From IMG/VR virus record IMGVR_UViG_2850761752_000006: 22,991 nucleotides of DNA; one strand, written 5' to 3'. The DNA is from a virus. Lineage: Duplodnaviria > Heunggongvirae > Uroviricota > Caudoviricetes. Of this stretch, positions 10,036 to 17,224 are shown one piece after another. Both the position numbers and the translations under genes were made by a program. A model generated the notes under the pieces. That model ran no database searches and was not told the origin of the DNA. It worked only from the letters and a program-made list of their open reading frames with translations. Numbering within the stretch: the first letter of the stretch is position 1; every line of letters begins with the position of its first letter.

Positions 10036-10314
10036 TTACCTCCAGATCCGTTGCTGGAATGTGCAGGACGGACGCGGTGGCCGTTCGGAATAAGGGAGCC
10101 TGACGAAGATTATCCAGTGACGATAATCGAGACTGAGGGCTTTCTTAATCTCGTATCCGTGTCTGCGGTAGCGCTGAATCAGCCATTCAGCCTGTTCTTC
10201 GGTGCAGGGGGCGTGCTGATACCAGTCAGATTTGAATGCATGAGAACGCCGCCCGTGCCTGCTGGCAGGCGCGGCAGAGTTATCCGAATTGTAAAATTTG
10301 GTATCGTGCGCCAT
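10036..10314 (-). CDS. Hypothetical phage protein upstream of baseplate J (possibly a baseplate-module remnant)
   Basis: ORF 10036..10443(-); the first 43 codons overlap the hok terminator, so the likely start is the ATG at 10314 (MAHDTKFYNS...). Family not recognised. Confidence 0.35.
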   Translation of the reverse strand: MAHDTKFYNSDNSAAPASRHGRRSHAFKSDWYQHAPCTEEQAEWLIQRYRRHGYEIKKALSLDYRHWIIFVRLPYSERPPRPSCTFQQRIWR

Positions 10315-10395
10315 CTGTTTTCTCTGCTGGCGCAGCAGGTGCCAGTTGTTCAGGCTGACGGATGGATTGTAAACCAGAACGACCAGAAAAAACAA

Positions 10396-10413
10396 AACCC
10401 GCCGAAGCGGGTT
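10396..10413 (-). terminator. Rho-independent terminator downstream of hok
   Basis: Minus strand reads aacccgc ttcg gcgggtt followed by TTGTTTTTT; 7-bp GC-rich stem, tetraloop, U-tract. Confidence 0.75.
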
Positions 10414-10481
10414 AAGTGCGGGTGCGTTGAGGATGCCTGACACATCAGCGGTGGCGAGGGATTTCTCCCCCGCCGGGTCTC

Positions 10482-10637
10482 TTACTCCTCAGGTTCGTAA
10501 GCTGTGAAGACAGCGACCTCCGTCTGGCCGGTTCGGATTCGTACCTCGCAGAGGTCTTTCCTCGTTACCAGTGCCGTCACTATGACGGTTAAACAGATGA
10601 CGATAAGGGCGATTAACATCGCCTTTTGCTGCTTCAT
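10482..10637 (-). CDS. hok: Hok/Gef-family type I toxin (HokD/RelF-like, 51 aa); in-frame upstream mok-like extension to 10694
   Basis: MKQQKAMLIALIVICLTVIVTALVTRKDLCEVRIRTGQTEVAVFTAYEPEE is a canonical Hok sequence; the extension MLNTCRLASYVPKGKEKQA resembles the chromosomal mokC arrangement as recalled. Confidence 0.9.
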   Translation of the reverse strand: MKQQKAMLIALIVICLTVIVTALVTRKDLCEVRIRTGQTEVAVFTAYEPEE

Positions 10638-10685
10638 AGCCTGCTTCTCCTTGCCTTTCGGCACGTAAGAGGCTAACCTACATGT

Positions 10686-10750
10686 GTTCAGCATGGATTG
10701 AGCCTCAGATTAATGTTAAGCGTCTTGCAGGACGCGTAGTGTTAACTGGG
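10686..10750 (+). ncRNA. Putative Sok-like antisense RNA over the mok start region
   Basis: Inference from hok/sok architecture: plus-strand TTGCCT (10651-10656), 17-bp spacer, TAACCT (10674-10679) would start an RNA antisense to the mok initiation region. Ends not defined. Confidence 0.3.
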
Positions 10751-10896
10751 GCTTTTCTCTATCTGCCTTTTGGTGTTCATGCCTGAGACAGATAGCCTCA
10801 AGCACCCGCAGTCATTCTACTTAACTAAGATTTCCCTGCAAACCGTTTTTGTCCGGCACAGTAAATATCCAACTAAACCAATAGCGTTCGCTGTAT

Positions 10897-11115
10897 TTAC
10901 CGCCAGTATTCAATGCACATGACCGCCATGAACACCCCTAAAAAAAGGGCATTTATATGTCCAAACATTAATATCAAAACATCAATTTTTTCCATATACC
11001 TTGCTGTGAAGATGATGGGCATACATGATGCGAACAACCAGAACGCAACAAACAAAAACTGCAATGCGTTTTTCATTATTCCCCCTACAATCAATGTGCA
11101 ATAACATTTAAACAC
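10897..11115 (-). CDS. Hypothetical small membrane protein (two predicted hydrophobic helices) in AT-rich islet
   Basis: 72-aa ORF with hydrophobic stretches ALQFLFVAFWLFASCMPIIF and ALFLGVFMAVMCIEYW; surrounding DNA strongly AT-rich. Could be non-coding. Confidence 0.3.
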   Translation of the reverse strand: MFKCYCTLIVGGIMKNALQFLFVAFWLFASCMPIIFTARYMEKIDVLILMFGHINALFLGVFMAVMCIEYWR

Positions 11116-11288
11116 ACCTCAATTTGGCCGGACATATAAATATCTAAACCAGAAAAAATCACTTACATAGCGTTACAAACTCTTTAGTCTAAATACTCAT
11201 CGTAAAACATTCCCCATACTTATCAGTCCGTTCCGCGCCAGGTAGCTTATTGCCTTATCTGGCAACCTATAATCAGGTTTCCGCTTTT

Positions 11289-11712
11289 TCAGTTGGCTGG
11301 TCGTTTAACCGACATAGTTAACCCATTAATCTGGTTGCCGGATGCTGGTGGATTTTCGCGTTTTAGTTGTTCATAAAAGTGCACAGCTTTAACCAGTTCT
11401 TCTGATGTAACCGGGACTGGTGGGGCAGTGAATAAGGCCTGAATTTCATAGTTCGGCCTGTCGTTACAATCCTCTTTTTTCGGTACATATTTCCAGTCAC
11501 CAACCCACAACTCCCCCTGAGAGTCCATAACACCTTTTTTCACGTAGCGATATCGCCACGCTATCGGCTCTGCTTCCAGCGATGCCCGTGCAATTTTGAA
11601 TAACTCGCCCTCTACTCGCGCCATCCCTGAATTGGGGTGGCATTTCGTAATCGCTATTTTTAATTTGGCTTCTTCGATTAATTGTTCTTTTGTTAATTCA
11701 GTCATTTTCATT
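11289..11712 (-). CDS. Hypothetical phage protein (141 aa); IS1 inserted about 10 bp upstream of its start codon
   Basis: ORF 11289..11744(-) starts inside IS1; first native ATG at 11712 (MKMTELTKEQLIEEAKLK...). Family not recognised. Confidence 0.55.
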
Positions 11713-11785
11713 ACCGCCCTTTCAGGCGGCGGTAATGCTGCCAACTTACTGATTTAGTGTATGATGGTGATTTTAAGGTGCTTGC

Positions 11786-12061
11786 GTGGCTTCCATTTCC
11801 ATCAGATGTCCTTCCTGCTCCGCTACTGAAGGCGTGGTGCGTAACGGCAAAAGCACTGCCGGACATCAGCGCTATCTCTGCTCTCATTGCCGTAAAACAT
11901 GGCAACTACAGTTCACTTACACCGCCTCTCAGCCCGGTACGCACCAGAAAATCATTGATATGGCCATGAATGGCGTCGGATGTCGCGCCAGTGCACGCAT
12001 TATGGGCGTTGGCCTCAACACGGTTTTACGTCACTTAAAAAACTCAGGCCGCAGTCGGTAA
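11786..12061 (+). CDS. insA: IS1 InsA
   Basis: 91-aa [46 protein letters not shown]... with zinc finger plus HTH. Confidence 0.95.
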   Translation: MASISIRCPSCSATEGVVRNGKSTAGHQRYLCSHCRKTWQLQFTYTASQPGTHQKIIDMAMNGVGCRASARIMGVGLNTVLRHLKNSGRSR

Positions 12062-12483
12062 CCTCGCGCATACAACCGGGCAGTGATGTGATTGTCTGCG
12101 CTGAAATGGACGAACAGTGGGGCTACGTCGGTGCTAAATCACGTCAGCGCTGGCTGTTTTACGCGTATGACAGGATACGGAGGACGGTTGTGGCGCACGT
12201 CTTCGGTGAACGCACTCTGGCCACACTGGAGCGTCTTCTGAGCCTGCTGTCGGCCTTTGAGGTCGTGGTATGGATGACGGATGGCTGGCCGCTGTATGAA
12301 TCACGCCTGAAGGGAAAGCTGCACGTTATCAGCAAGCGTTACACTCAGCGCATTGAGCGACATAATCTGAATCTGAGACAACATCTGGCAAGGCTGGGAC
12401 GGAAGTCACTGTCGTTCTCAAAATCGGTGGAGCTGCATGACAAGGTCATCGGGCATTATCTGAACATAAAACACTATCAGTAA
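11980..12483 (+). CDS. insB: IS1 InsB reading frame (expressed as InsAB' by -1 frameshift)
   Basis: 167-aa ORF overlapping insA in the -1 frame, standard IS1 layout. Confidence 0.9.
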   Translation: MSRQCTHYGRWPQHGFTSLKKLRPQSVTSRIQPGSDVIVCAEMDEQWGYVGAKSRQRWLFYAYDRIRRTVVAHVFGERTLATLERLLSLLSAFEVVVWMTDGWPLYESRLKGKLHVISKRYTQRIERHNLNLRQHLARLGRKSLSFSKSVELHDKVIGHYLNIKHYQ

Positions 12484-12578
12484 GTTGGAGTCATTACCTC
12501 AGGCGGCCTCCTGATGTTCTGAGGGTGCAGAAATCCCTCCGGTTAAGGATTAAATTTTATTTGCTGTGCTAAATTTAA

Positions 12579-13034
12579 TTATTCAGTTTTTATTCCTGCT
12601 CTCAAAACAGCCTCTGCCATTCTGATATCCGGATTTTCTGAAATCATCTTTTCCGGCGAGTCGCAATCACCACCACATTCAGTTATGCGTTCATGACCAA
12701 AACGAATTGTGGTTTTGTGCGCATTAATCATTTGTGTAAGCGCATCTGTCAATTCTGCAATGCGTTTGTCTTTAACTTCCAGCTCTTTCAGTAAAGCCAG
12801 TACGTCAGGAGCGCTAACATCAACGACGGTTACGCGCGATTTCAGGTAATGCTCATCCGCAAAAGTTCGACCAGTTTTAAAATATCCATCATCCCCCTCA
12901 CCTGTGCAGGCATACACAATATGCGTTCTGGAAAATATGCGCTGTATCGACATTTCATCGCCACAAACAGGACATTCCGGCACCTGAATTGGTGAATAAC
13001 GTTCACGTAATGCCTGGTAATTAGTCTTGCACAC
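12579..13034 (-). CDS. Hypothetical phage protein with CxxC zinc-ribbon-like motif and coiled-coil segment
   Basis: 151-aa ORF; GTG start at 13034 preceded by AGGAGA; overlaps the upstream DUF4406-like gene by 14 nt. Contains CPVCG...C and CGGDC motifs. Confidence 0.55.
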   Translation of the reverse strand: MCKTNYQALRERYSPIQVPECPVCGDEMSIQRIFSRTHIVYACTGEGDDGYFKTGRTFADEHYLKSRVTVVDVSAPDVLALLKELEVKDKRIAELTDALTQMINAHKTTIRFGHERITECGGDCDSPEKMISENPDIRMAEAVLRAGIKTE

Positions 13035-13326
13035 TGGCTGTCTCCTGAAAAATCACCGCATGCCCCAGTTTCTCCGCCAGCGCCAGTTCTGCCTTAGCGC
13101 CTGCTGACCGCTGCCAGCCTTTCAGCATGTAAATCGCATCCACACAACGAATCATCGCCATGCAGATATCCATGTACTGCGGCTGTGTCAGCCCGTCCGG
13201 AAGTACTGCCGGGTTTAAGACGGTATGCCCTTCCCGTTTCAGTTCCTCTTCCGCATTGTGAAACGCCTCACGGTTGAAATTTTTATACCCGGTCATTGGA
13301 CCGGCGATATAGACTCTCACCCTCAC
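13021..13326 (-). CDS. DUF4406-like protein (nucleoside 2-deoxyribosyltransferase-like fold)
   Basis: 101-aa ORF beginning MRVRVYIAGPMTGYKNFNREAF..., the YIAGPMTG motif typical of this family as recalled; 4-nt overlap with the upstream gene. Confidence 0.6.
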   Translation of the reverse strand: MRVRVYIAGPMTGYKNFNREAFHNAEEELKREGHTVLNPAVLPDGLTQPQYMDICMAMIRCVDAIYMLKGWQRSAGAKAELALAEKLGHAVIFQETASVQD

Positions 13327-13745
13327 GCCATCACCTCCTGAAAATTACCCTGATAAAACGACAATATGCGCTGCATAACTTCGCTCTTCCGGCACTCGCG
13401 ACAGATTATGTTTAGGCGACTGTCGTAGCGACGTATTTCTCCGTCAGGTAATGACCAGATAAGGTCCGGATCAACCGCAGATGGTTTCTTCAGCTTTGCC
13501 CTTGAGAGCTTTTTACGGGCATTTTGCCAGTCCTTACGCGCCTGTTCAGACGGGAATAACCCGTAACCAGAGTTGTATACATCGCCACTGGCAACCAGCT
13601 CTCTGGCCAGAACGCTCATCAGATATCTTGTTGCCCCAGTTTTAGCTTCCAGTTGTCGTAACGTCTCGCGCCCACTCTGGCGTACGAGTTCAAGAACCTG
13701 CCCTTTAATTTTTTCCCGCTCTTCTTGTGTAAAAACTTTTGCCAC
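13323..13745 (-). CDS. Hypothetical phage early protein (140 aa)
   Basis: ORF immediately downstream of the replication initiator gene; 4-nt overlap with DUF4406-like gene; has a CRECRK motif. Family not recognised. Confidence 0.5.
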   Translation of the reverse strand: MAKVFTQEEREKIKGQVLELVRQSGRETLRQLEAKTGATRYLMSVLARELVASGDVYNSGYGLFPSEQARKDWQNARKKLSRAKLKKPSAVDPDLIWSLPDGEIRRYDSRLNIICRECRKSEVMQRILSFYQGNFQEVMA

Positions 13746-13785
13746 AAGCCCTCCTGAAAATTACCTCATGACCAGAAATTAACAC

Positions 13786-14862
13786 TTACCCCCTGAAGCC
13801 CGGCGGAATTTCGTTATCCGGTTCAGAAATATGATTCACACAACGCTGGTTGTTCGTGCCGCTTACCGGGAGCAACCAGGGGTTCTCAAAATTCCGGTCC
13901 GGTCCAAAAAACGTCGTCGCTCGCTGAACAAATTCCGTTCCCGTTTTCCCGGTAGCCGCCAGGTATCTTGCGTAACGCCTCACGCCATCCAGCATGGCCT
14001 CTGGTGGCACCCCCTCGCGTAATCTGGCCTTCCAGGCACTGAAAGCGGATTTCTTCGGGTTTGCCCCGGCACGCAACGGGTACTCCCGCCAGACCTGTTC
14101 GAACACATCCGGATAATCCACTCGTCCCACAGACTGCCCGGTGTTTTCCGGGACTACCCGATCGGCTTCCCGCTGAATGGCGGAATCGGCTTCAGGCTGC
14201 TGCAGTTGGTGTGATTGCTCCGGACTTGCGGTCATCGCCTGCTGCACAGCGCCCGAATCGGCTTTCAGCGCATACGCTGAATCGGCTTCCGGTGTCGTGC
14301 CTGCTGGCTGACCAGGATTGACGGTCTGAACATCCCCTGCCTGGTTCGTGGCGTTTTTTACGCCATGGACCATAGTGTTTTGATCTTCTTGATCTGTATC
14401 TTTATCTGTATCTTTATCTGTCGTGACTCGTCGTGACATGTGCGTGACATATCGTGACGCGCCGTGACAATCGCCATTTTGTTCCCGCTTTCTTTCCCTC
14501 TCTCGCTGCGCCCTCTTGCGCTCTGCAGGAGATTTTGCGGTTTGCGAAATATTGCCGTTGTCCTCTTTCAGCACCTGGCGTTTTTCCCATCCAGTGATTA
14601 AATCACCATCAAGTACCCGCCCCTGCATCGTCTGCAAAATTGAATCAATTACCTCTTCTGTCACGTCGAGCGCACTTGCCAAATCTTCTGTCGTGACATC
14701 AATGTGACCTCGCGTGACATTTCGTGACGCGCTCACCAGGAGGTGGATATACACTGCCATCACTGTTGCAATTGGCTGCCCTGACACCCTGGCAATTGTT
14801 CGCCACTTAGGGTCATTTGGCATGTCATGCCATAATCTGAGCCAGGCGTTAGCCATACTCAC
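13786..14862 (-). CDS. Phage replication initiator (lambda O-like / YdaU-like) with iterons inside its coding sequence
   Basis: 358-aa ORF with N-terminus MSMANAWLRLWHDMPNDPKWRTIARVSG... resembling a phage replication initiator; contains two clusters of 10-bp-phased CGTGAC repeats; follows the cro-like and YdaT-like genes. Confidence 0.6.
   Translation of the reverse strand: MSMANAWLRLWHDMPNDPKWRTIARVSGQPIATVMAVYIHLLVSASRNVTRGHIDVTTEDLASALDVTEEVIDSILQTMQGRVLDGDLITGWEKRQVLKEDNGNISQTAKSPAERKRAQRERERKREQNGDCHGASRYVTHMSRRVTTDKDTDKDTDQEDQNTMVHGVKNATNQAGDVQTVNPGQPAGTTPEADSAYALKADSGAVQQAMTASPEQSHQLQQPEADSAIQREADRVVPENTGQSVGRVDYPDVFEQVWREYPLRAGANPKKSAFSAWKARLREGVPPEAMLDGVRRYARYLAATGKTGTEFVQRATTFFGPDRNFENPWLLPVSGTNNQRCVNHISEPDNEIPPGFRG
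14422..14468. repeat. Iteron cluster 1: five CGTGAC repeats at 10-11 bp phasing, preceded by a 12-bp tandem repeat
   Basis: CGTGAC at 14422, 14432, 14443, 14453 and 14463; tctgtatcttta at 14393-14404 and 14405-14416. Confidence 0.75.
14692..14728. repeat. Iteron cluster 2: CGTGAC/TGTGAC repeats at 10-11 bp phasing plus one inverted copy
   Basis: cgtgac at 14692, tgtgac at 14703, cgtgac at 14713 and 14723; inverted gtcacg at 14660-14665. Confidence 0.7.
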
Positions 14863-14927
14863 CTCTTTTGATACCGAATCTTTTTACTCACAAATTGCCG
14901 GAAGTGATCCGGTATGAATATTGCGAG

Positions 14928-15353
14928 TCAATGCACAGCCACAATATTTCCTGCAGGGCCACCACGATTCATCTGGTTGAAACCAGCGATCGCCACTGCG
15001 ACAAAATCATCAGCGTCTCTCACCAGTCGTTCCCGCGTCTCCACTAGTTCCCGAAAATAGGCTGAGCTATGGCTGCGCATTCGGGCCACCAGCAGAGGTG
15101 GCATTGCTTTTTCGATAGCTGGTAACAACGCCTGAATTTTTTTAAGCGCATCAGGGGTGTCTTTCTCCACCCAGCGGAAAATTTTCTGAGTATTGCGAGC
15201 CAGGGCTTCCGGATGGCTGTCGTCATACAGTTCCGGGAACGTCATTCCCAGCTCGAAATACGCTTTGGTAATTTTCGCAGCCGGTACTTTTTCGCCGTCC
15301 GGATGCGCCCAGGCATTCATCGCCATGCGGATGTGTTCATGCTTGATTTTCAT
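14928..15353 (-). CDS. YdaT-like protein (Rac-type regulator, CII-position gene)
   Basis: 141-aa ORF beginning MKIKHEHI..., the start I recall for the YdaT family; directly downstream of and overlapping (ATGA) the cro-like gene. Confidence 0.6.
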   Translation of the reverse strand: MKIKHEHIRMAMNAWAHPDGEKVPAAKITKAYFELGMTFPELYDDSHPEALARNTQKIFRWVEKDTPDALKKIQALLPAIEKAMPPLLVARMRSHSSAYFRELVETRERLVRDADDFVAVAIAGFNQMNRGGPAGNIVAVH

Positions 15354-15604
15354 GAATCAACTCCCATCAGCTTTTTCGTAGTAGTTTTATTCCTGCCAAT
15401 AGTTAAAATTGCATCGGCAGAAAATAATCCGTTTGATGCAAGAGCGATTTTTTCAGCGTAATTTGTTTCGCCGGTATATTCTGTGCGAGGCAATTTTCCG
15501 TTATCCATCCATTTATAGATTGCTCTTTGGCTGACACCACAAACGTCGGCCACAACAGCAACGCGAACAGTTTTGATTACATCTTCAAGTGTTTTCTGGT
15601 TCAT
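15350..15604 (-). CDS. Cro/YdaS-like HTH regulator (start at MNQKTLED; longer ORF to 15676 possible)
   Basis: HTH segment VADVCGVSQRAIYKWMDNGKLP; divergent from the repressor gene. The longer start would consume the operator region. Confidence 0.6.
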   Translation of the reverse strand: MNQKTLEDVIKTVRVAVVADVCGVSQRAIYKWMDNGKLPRTEYTGETNYAEKIALASNGLFSADAILTIGRNKTTTKKLMGVDS

Positions 15605-15683
15605 ATCACCCTCACAATGTGAACTTTGAGTACATGCTATAACAGAACTGACAGTACATTCAAGAGCGAATATCATTGAACTT
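15605..15683. promoter_or_regulatory. Divergent promoter/operator region between cro-like and repressor genes
   Basis: 79-bp intergenic region containing AGTACATG (15629-15636) and AGTACATT (15653-15660). Confidence 0.55.
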
Positions 15684-16103
15684 ATGGTTCATGAAGATAA
15701 AGCGCGTAAAGAGTTCGCCAGTAGGCTTGCGCTAGCCTGTGAAAACGCTGGTTATGAACAACATGGAAGGCAGGCAGAAATTGCCCGTCGAATGAAATTA
15801 ACACCAAAAGCGGTTAGCAAATGGTTTAATGGCGAAACAATTCCTCGCCGGGAGAAATTAAGGGAATTAGCAACACTAATAGGAACAACACCAACCTATC
15901 TTTTGGGAGAGGATACAGAAGAAAGTGGACAGGTACGTTTCTATCAGGAGTTAAATCCAAGACAAAAAATCATCATTGACCTTCTGGACGAGCTCCCTGA
16001 CAGTGAGACAGATGAACTTTTAAAAACTCTTGAAGAGAAAAAACAGAAGTACAATGCAATTTACGAAGAGTTAGCACGAAAGAAAAAACAAAAAGCCTCT
16101 TAA
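15684..16103 (+). CDS. DicA/RacR-like XRE-family prophage repressor
   Basis: 139-aa ORF with N-terminal HTH (GRQAEIARRMKLTPKAVSKWFNGETIP) and C-terminal region ...IIIDLLDELPDSETDELLKTLEE... like the DicA C-terminus as recalled. Confidence 0.75.
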   Translation: MVHEDKARKEFASRLALACENAGYEQHGRQAEIARRMKLTPKAVSKWFNGETIPRREKLRELATLIGTTPTYLLGEDTEESGQVRFYQELNPRQKIIIDLLDELPDSETDELLKTLEEKKQKYNAIYEELARKKKQKAS

Positions 16104-16434
16104 ACCAGCATAAATCCGGTAGCGCCTTCCTCCGGGTTTGTGCTTCACTTTATCCCATCTCATTTTTTTACACACAAAATGTACCATAAGCACTTTACAA
16201 CAATGAACGCAAAGTACATTATATACCTGCCACCCACCCCGCCCCACAGAATGCAGGGCAATACTTCGAGTTACCAGGCAGTGGTCAGGGGTTAAGTAGC
16301 CAGCCCGAGGCGTAAGAACATGACGGCAGGGTTCAACTTTAATAACTATGCAGCAGGTTTTTGTTCCGCTACCCCGGCGTTAAGGGGAAATGAGGTCAGC
16401 ATGGATACTATCGATCTTGGGTAATGACTCCAAC

Positions 16435-16938
16435 TTACTGATAGTGTTTTATGTTCAGATAATGCCCGATGACCTTGTCATGCAGCTCCACCGATTTTGA
16501 GAACGACAGTGACTTCCGTCCCAGCCTTGCCAGATGTTGTCTCAGATTCAGATTATGTCGCTCAATGCGCTGAGTGTAACGCTTGCTGATAACGTGCAGC
16601 TTTCCCTTCAGGCGTGATTCATACAGCGGCCAGCCATCCGTCATCCATACCACGACCTCAAAGGCCGACAGCAGGCTCAGAAGACGCTCCAGTGTGGCCA
16701 GAGTGCGTTCACCGAAGACGTGCGCCACAACCGTCCTCCGTATCCTGTCATACGCGTAAAACAGCCAGCGCTGACGTGATTTAGCACCGACGTAGCCCCA
16801 CTGTTCGTCCATTTCAGCGCAGACAATCACATCACTGCCCGGTTGTATGCGCGAGGTTACCGACTGCGGCCTGAGTTTTTTAAGTGACGTAAAACCGTGT
16901 TGAGGCCAACGCCCATAATGCGTGCACTGGCGCGACAT
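16435..16938 (-). CDS. insB: IS1 InsB reading frame
   Basis: Identical 167-aa translation to copy 1. Confidence 0.9.
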   Translation of the reverse strand: MSRQCTHYGRWPQHGFTSLKKLRPQSVTSRIQPGSDVIVCAEMDEQWGYVGAKSRQRWLFYAYDRIRRTVVAHVFGERTLATLERLLSLLSAFEVVVWMTDGWPLYESRLKGKLHVISKRYTQRIERHNLNLRQHLARLGRKSLSFSKSVELHDKVIGHYLNIKHYQ

Positions 16939-17132
16939 CCGACGCCATTCATGGCCATATCAATGATTTTCTGGTGCGTACCGGGCTGAGAGGCGGTGTA
17001 AGTGAACTGTAGTTGCCATGTTTTACGGCAATGAGAGCAGAGATAGCGCTGATGTCCGGCAGTGCTTTTGCCGTTACGCACCACGCCTTCAGTAGCGGAG
17101 CAGGAAGGACATCTGATGGAAATGGAAGCCAC
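16857..17132 (-). CDS. insA: IS1 InsA
   Basis: Identical 91-aa translation to copy 1. Confidence 0.95.
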   Translation of the reverse strand: MASISIRCPSCSATEGVVRNGKSTAGHQRYLCSHCRKTWQLQFTYTASQPGTHQKIIDMAMNGVGCRASARIMGVGLNTVLRHLKNSGRSR

Positions 17133-17224
17133 GCAAGCACCTTAAAATCACCATCATACACTAAATCAGTAAGTTGGCAGCATTACCCTGCAACCGCTAT
17201 GAAAAAGGCGGGAAAGATGGCATC

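Larger units (their letters stand above)
11731..12498 (+). mobile_element. IS1 copy 1 (768 bp) with perfect 9-bp target-site duplication TCAGGCGGC
   Basis: Ends GGTAATGCTGCCAACTTACTGAT ... CAGTAAGTTGGAGTCATTACC; tcaggcggc at 11722-11730 and again at 12499-12507. Confidence 0.95.
16420..17187 (-). mobile_element. IS1 copy 2 (768 bp), inverted relative to copy 1, no target-site duplication
   Basis: Flanks tcgatcttg (16411-16419) and ctgcaaccg (17188-17196) differ; ORFs identical to copy 1. Confidence 0.95.

Noticed and set aside
9853-10440. 195-aa plus-strand ORF
   Set aside because: Antisense to the baseplate J and upstream phage gene; low-complexity Ser/Thr/Arg/Gly-rich product; no start context.
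10315-10443. N-terminal 43 codons of ORF 10036..10443(-)
   Set aside because: Overlaps the hok terminator hairpin and U-tract; the internal ATG at 10314 is the more plausible start.
10897-11115. Holin assignment for the small two-helix ORF
   Set aside because: No endolysin or spanin gene adjacent and the context is not a lysis cassette; kept only as a hypothetical small membrane protein.
10638-11288. relE/relB genes next to hok, as in K-12 Qin
   Set aside because: No RelE- or RelB-like ORF in any frame; the region is AT-rich with only a small hydrophobic ORF.
14393-14416. 12-bp tandem repeat as a CRISPR array or VNTR
   Set aside because: Only about 2.5 copies with no spacers, inside a coding sequence; better explained as part of the origin region.
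17174-17224. N-terminal extension [18 protein letters not shown] of the RecE-like ORF
   Set aside because: The start codon lies inside the IS1 terminal repeat; an artefact of the open frame crossing the junction.
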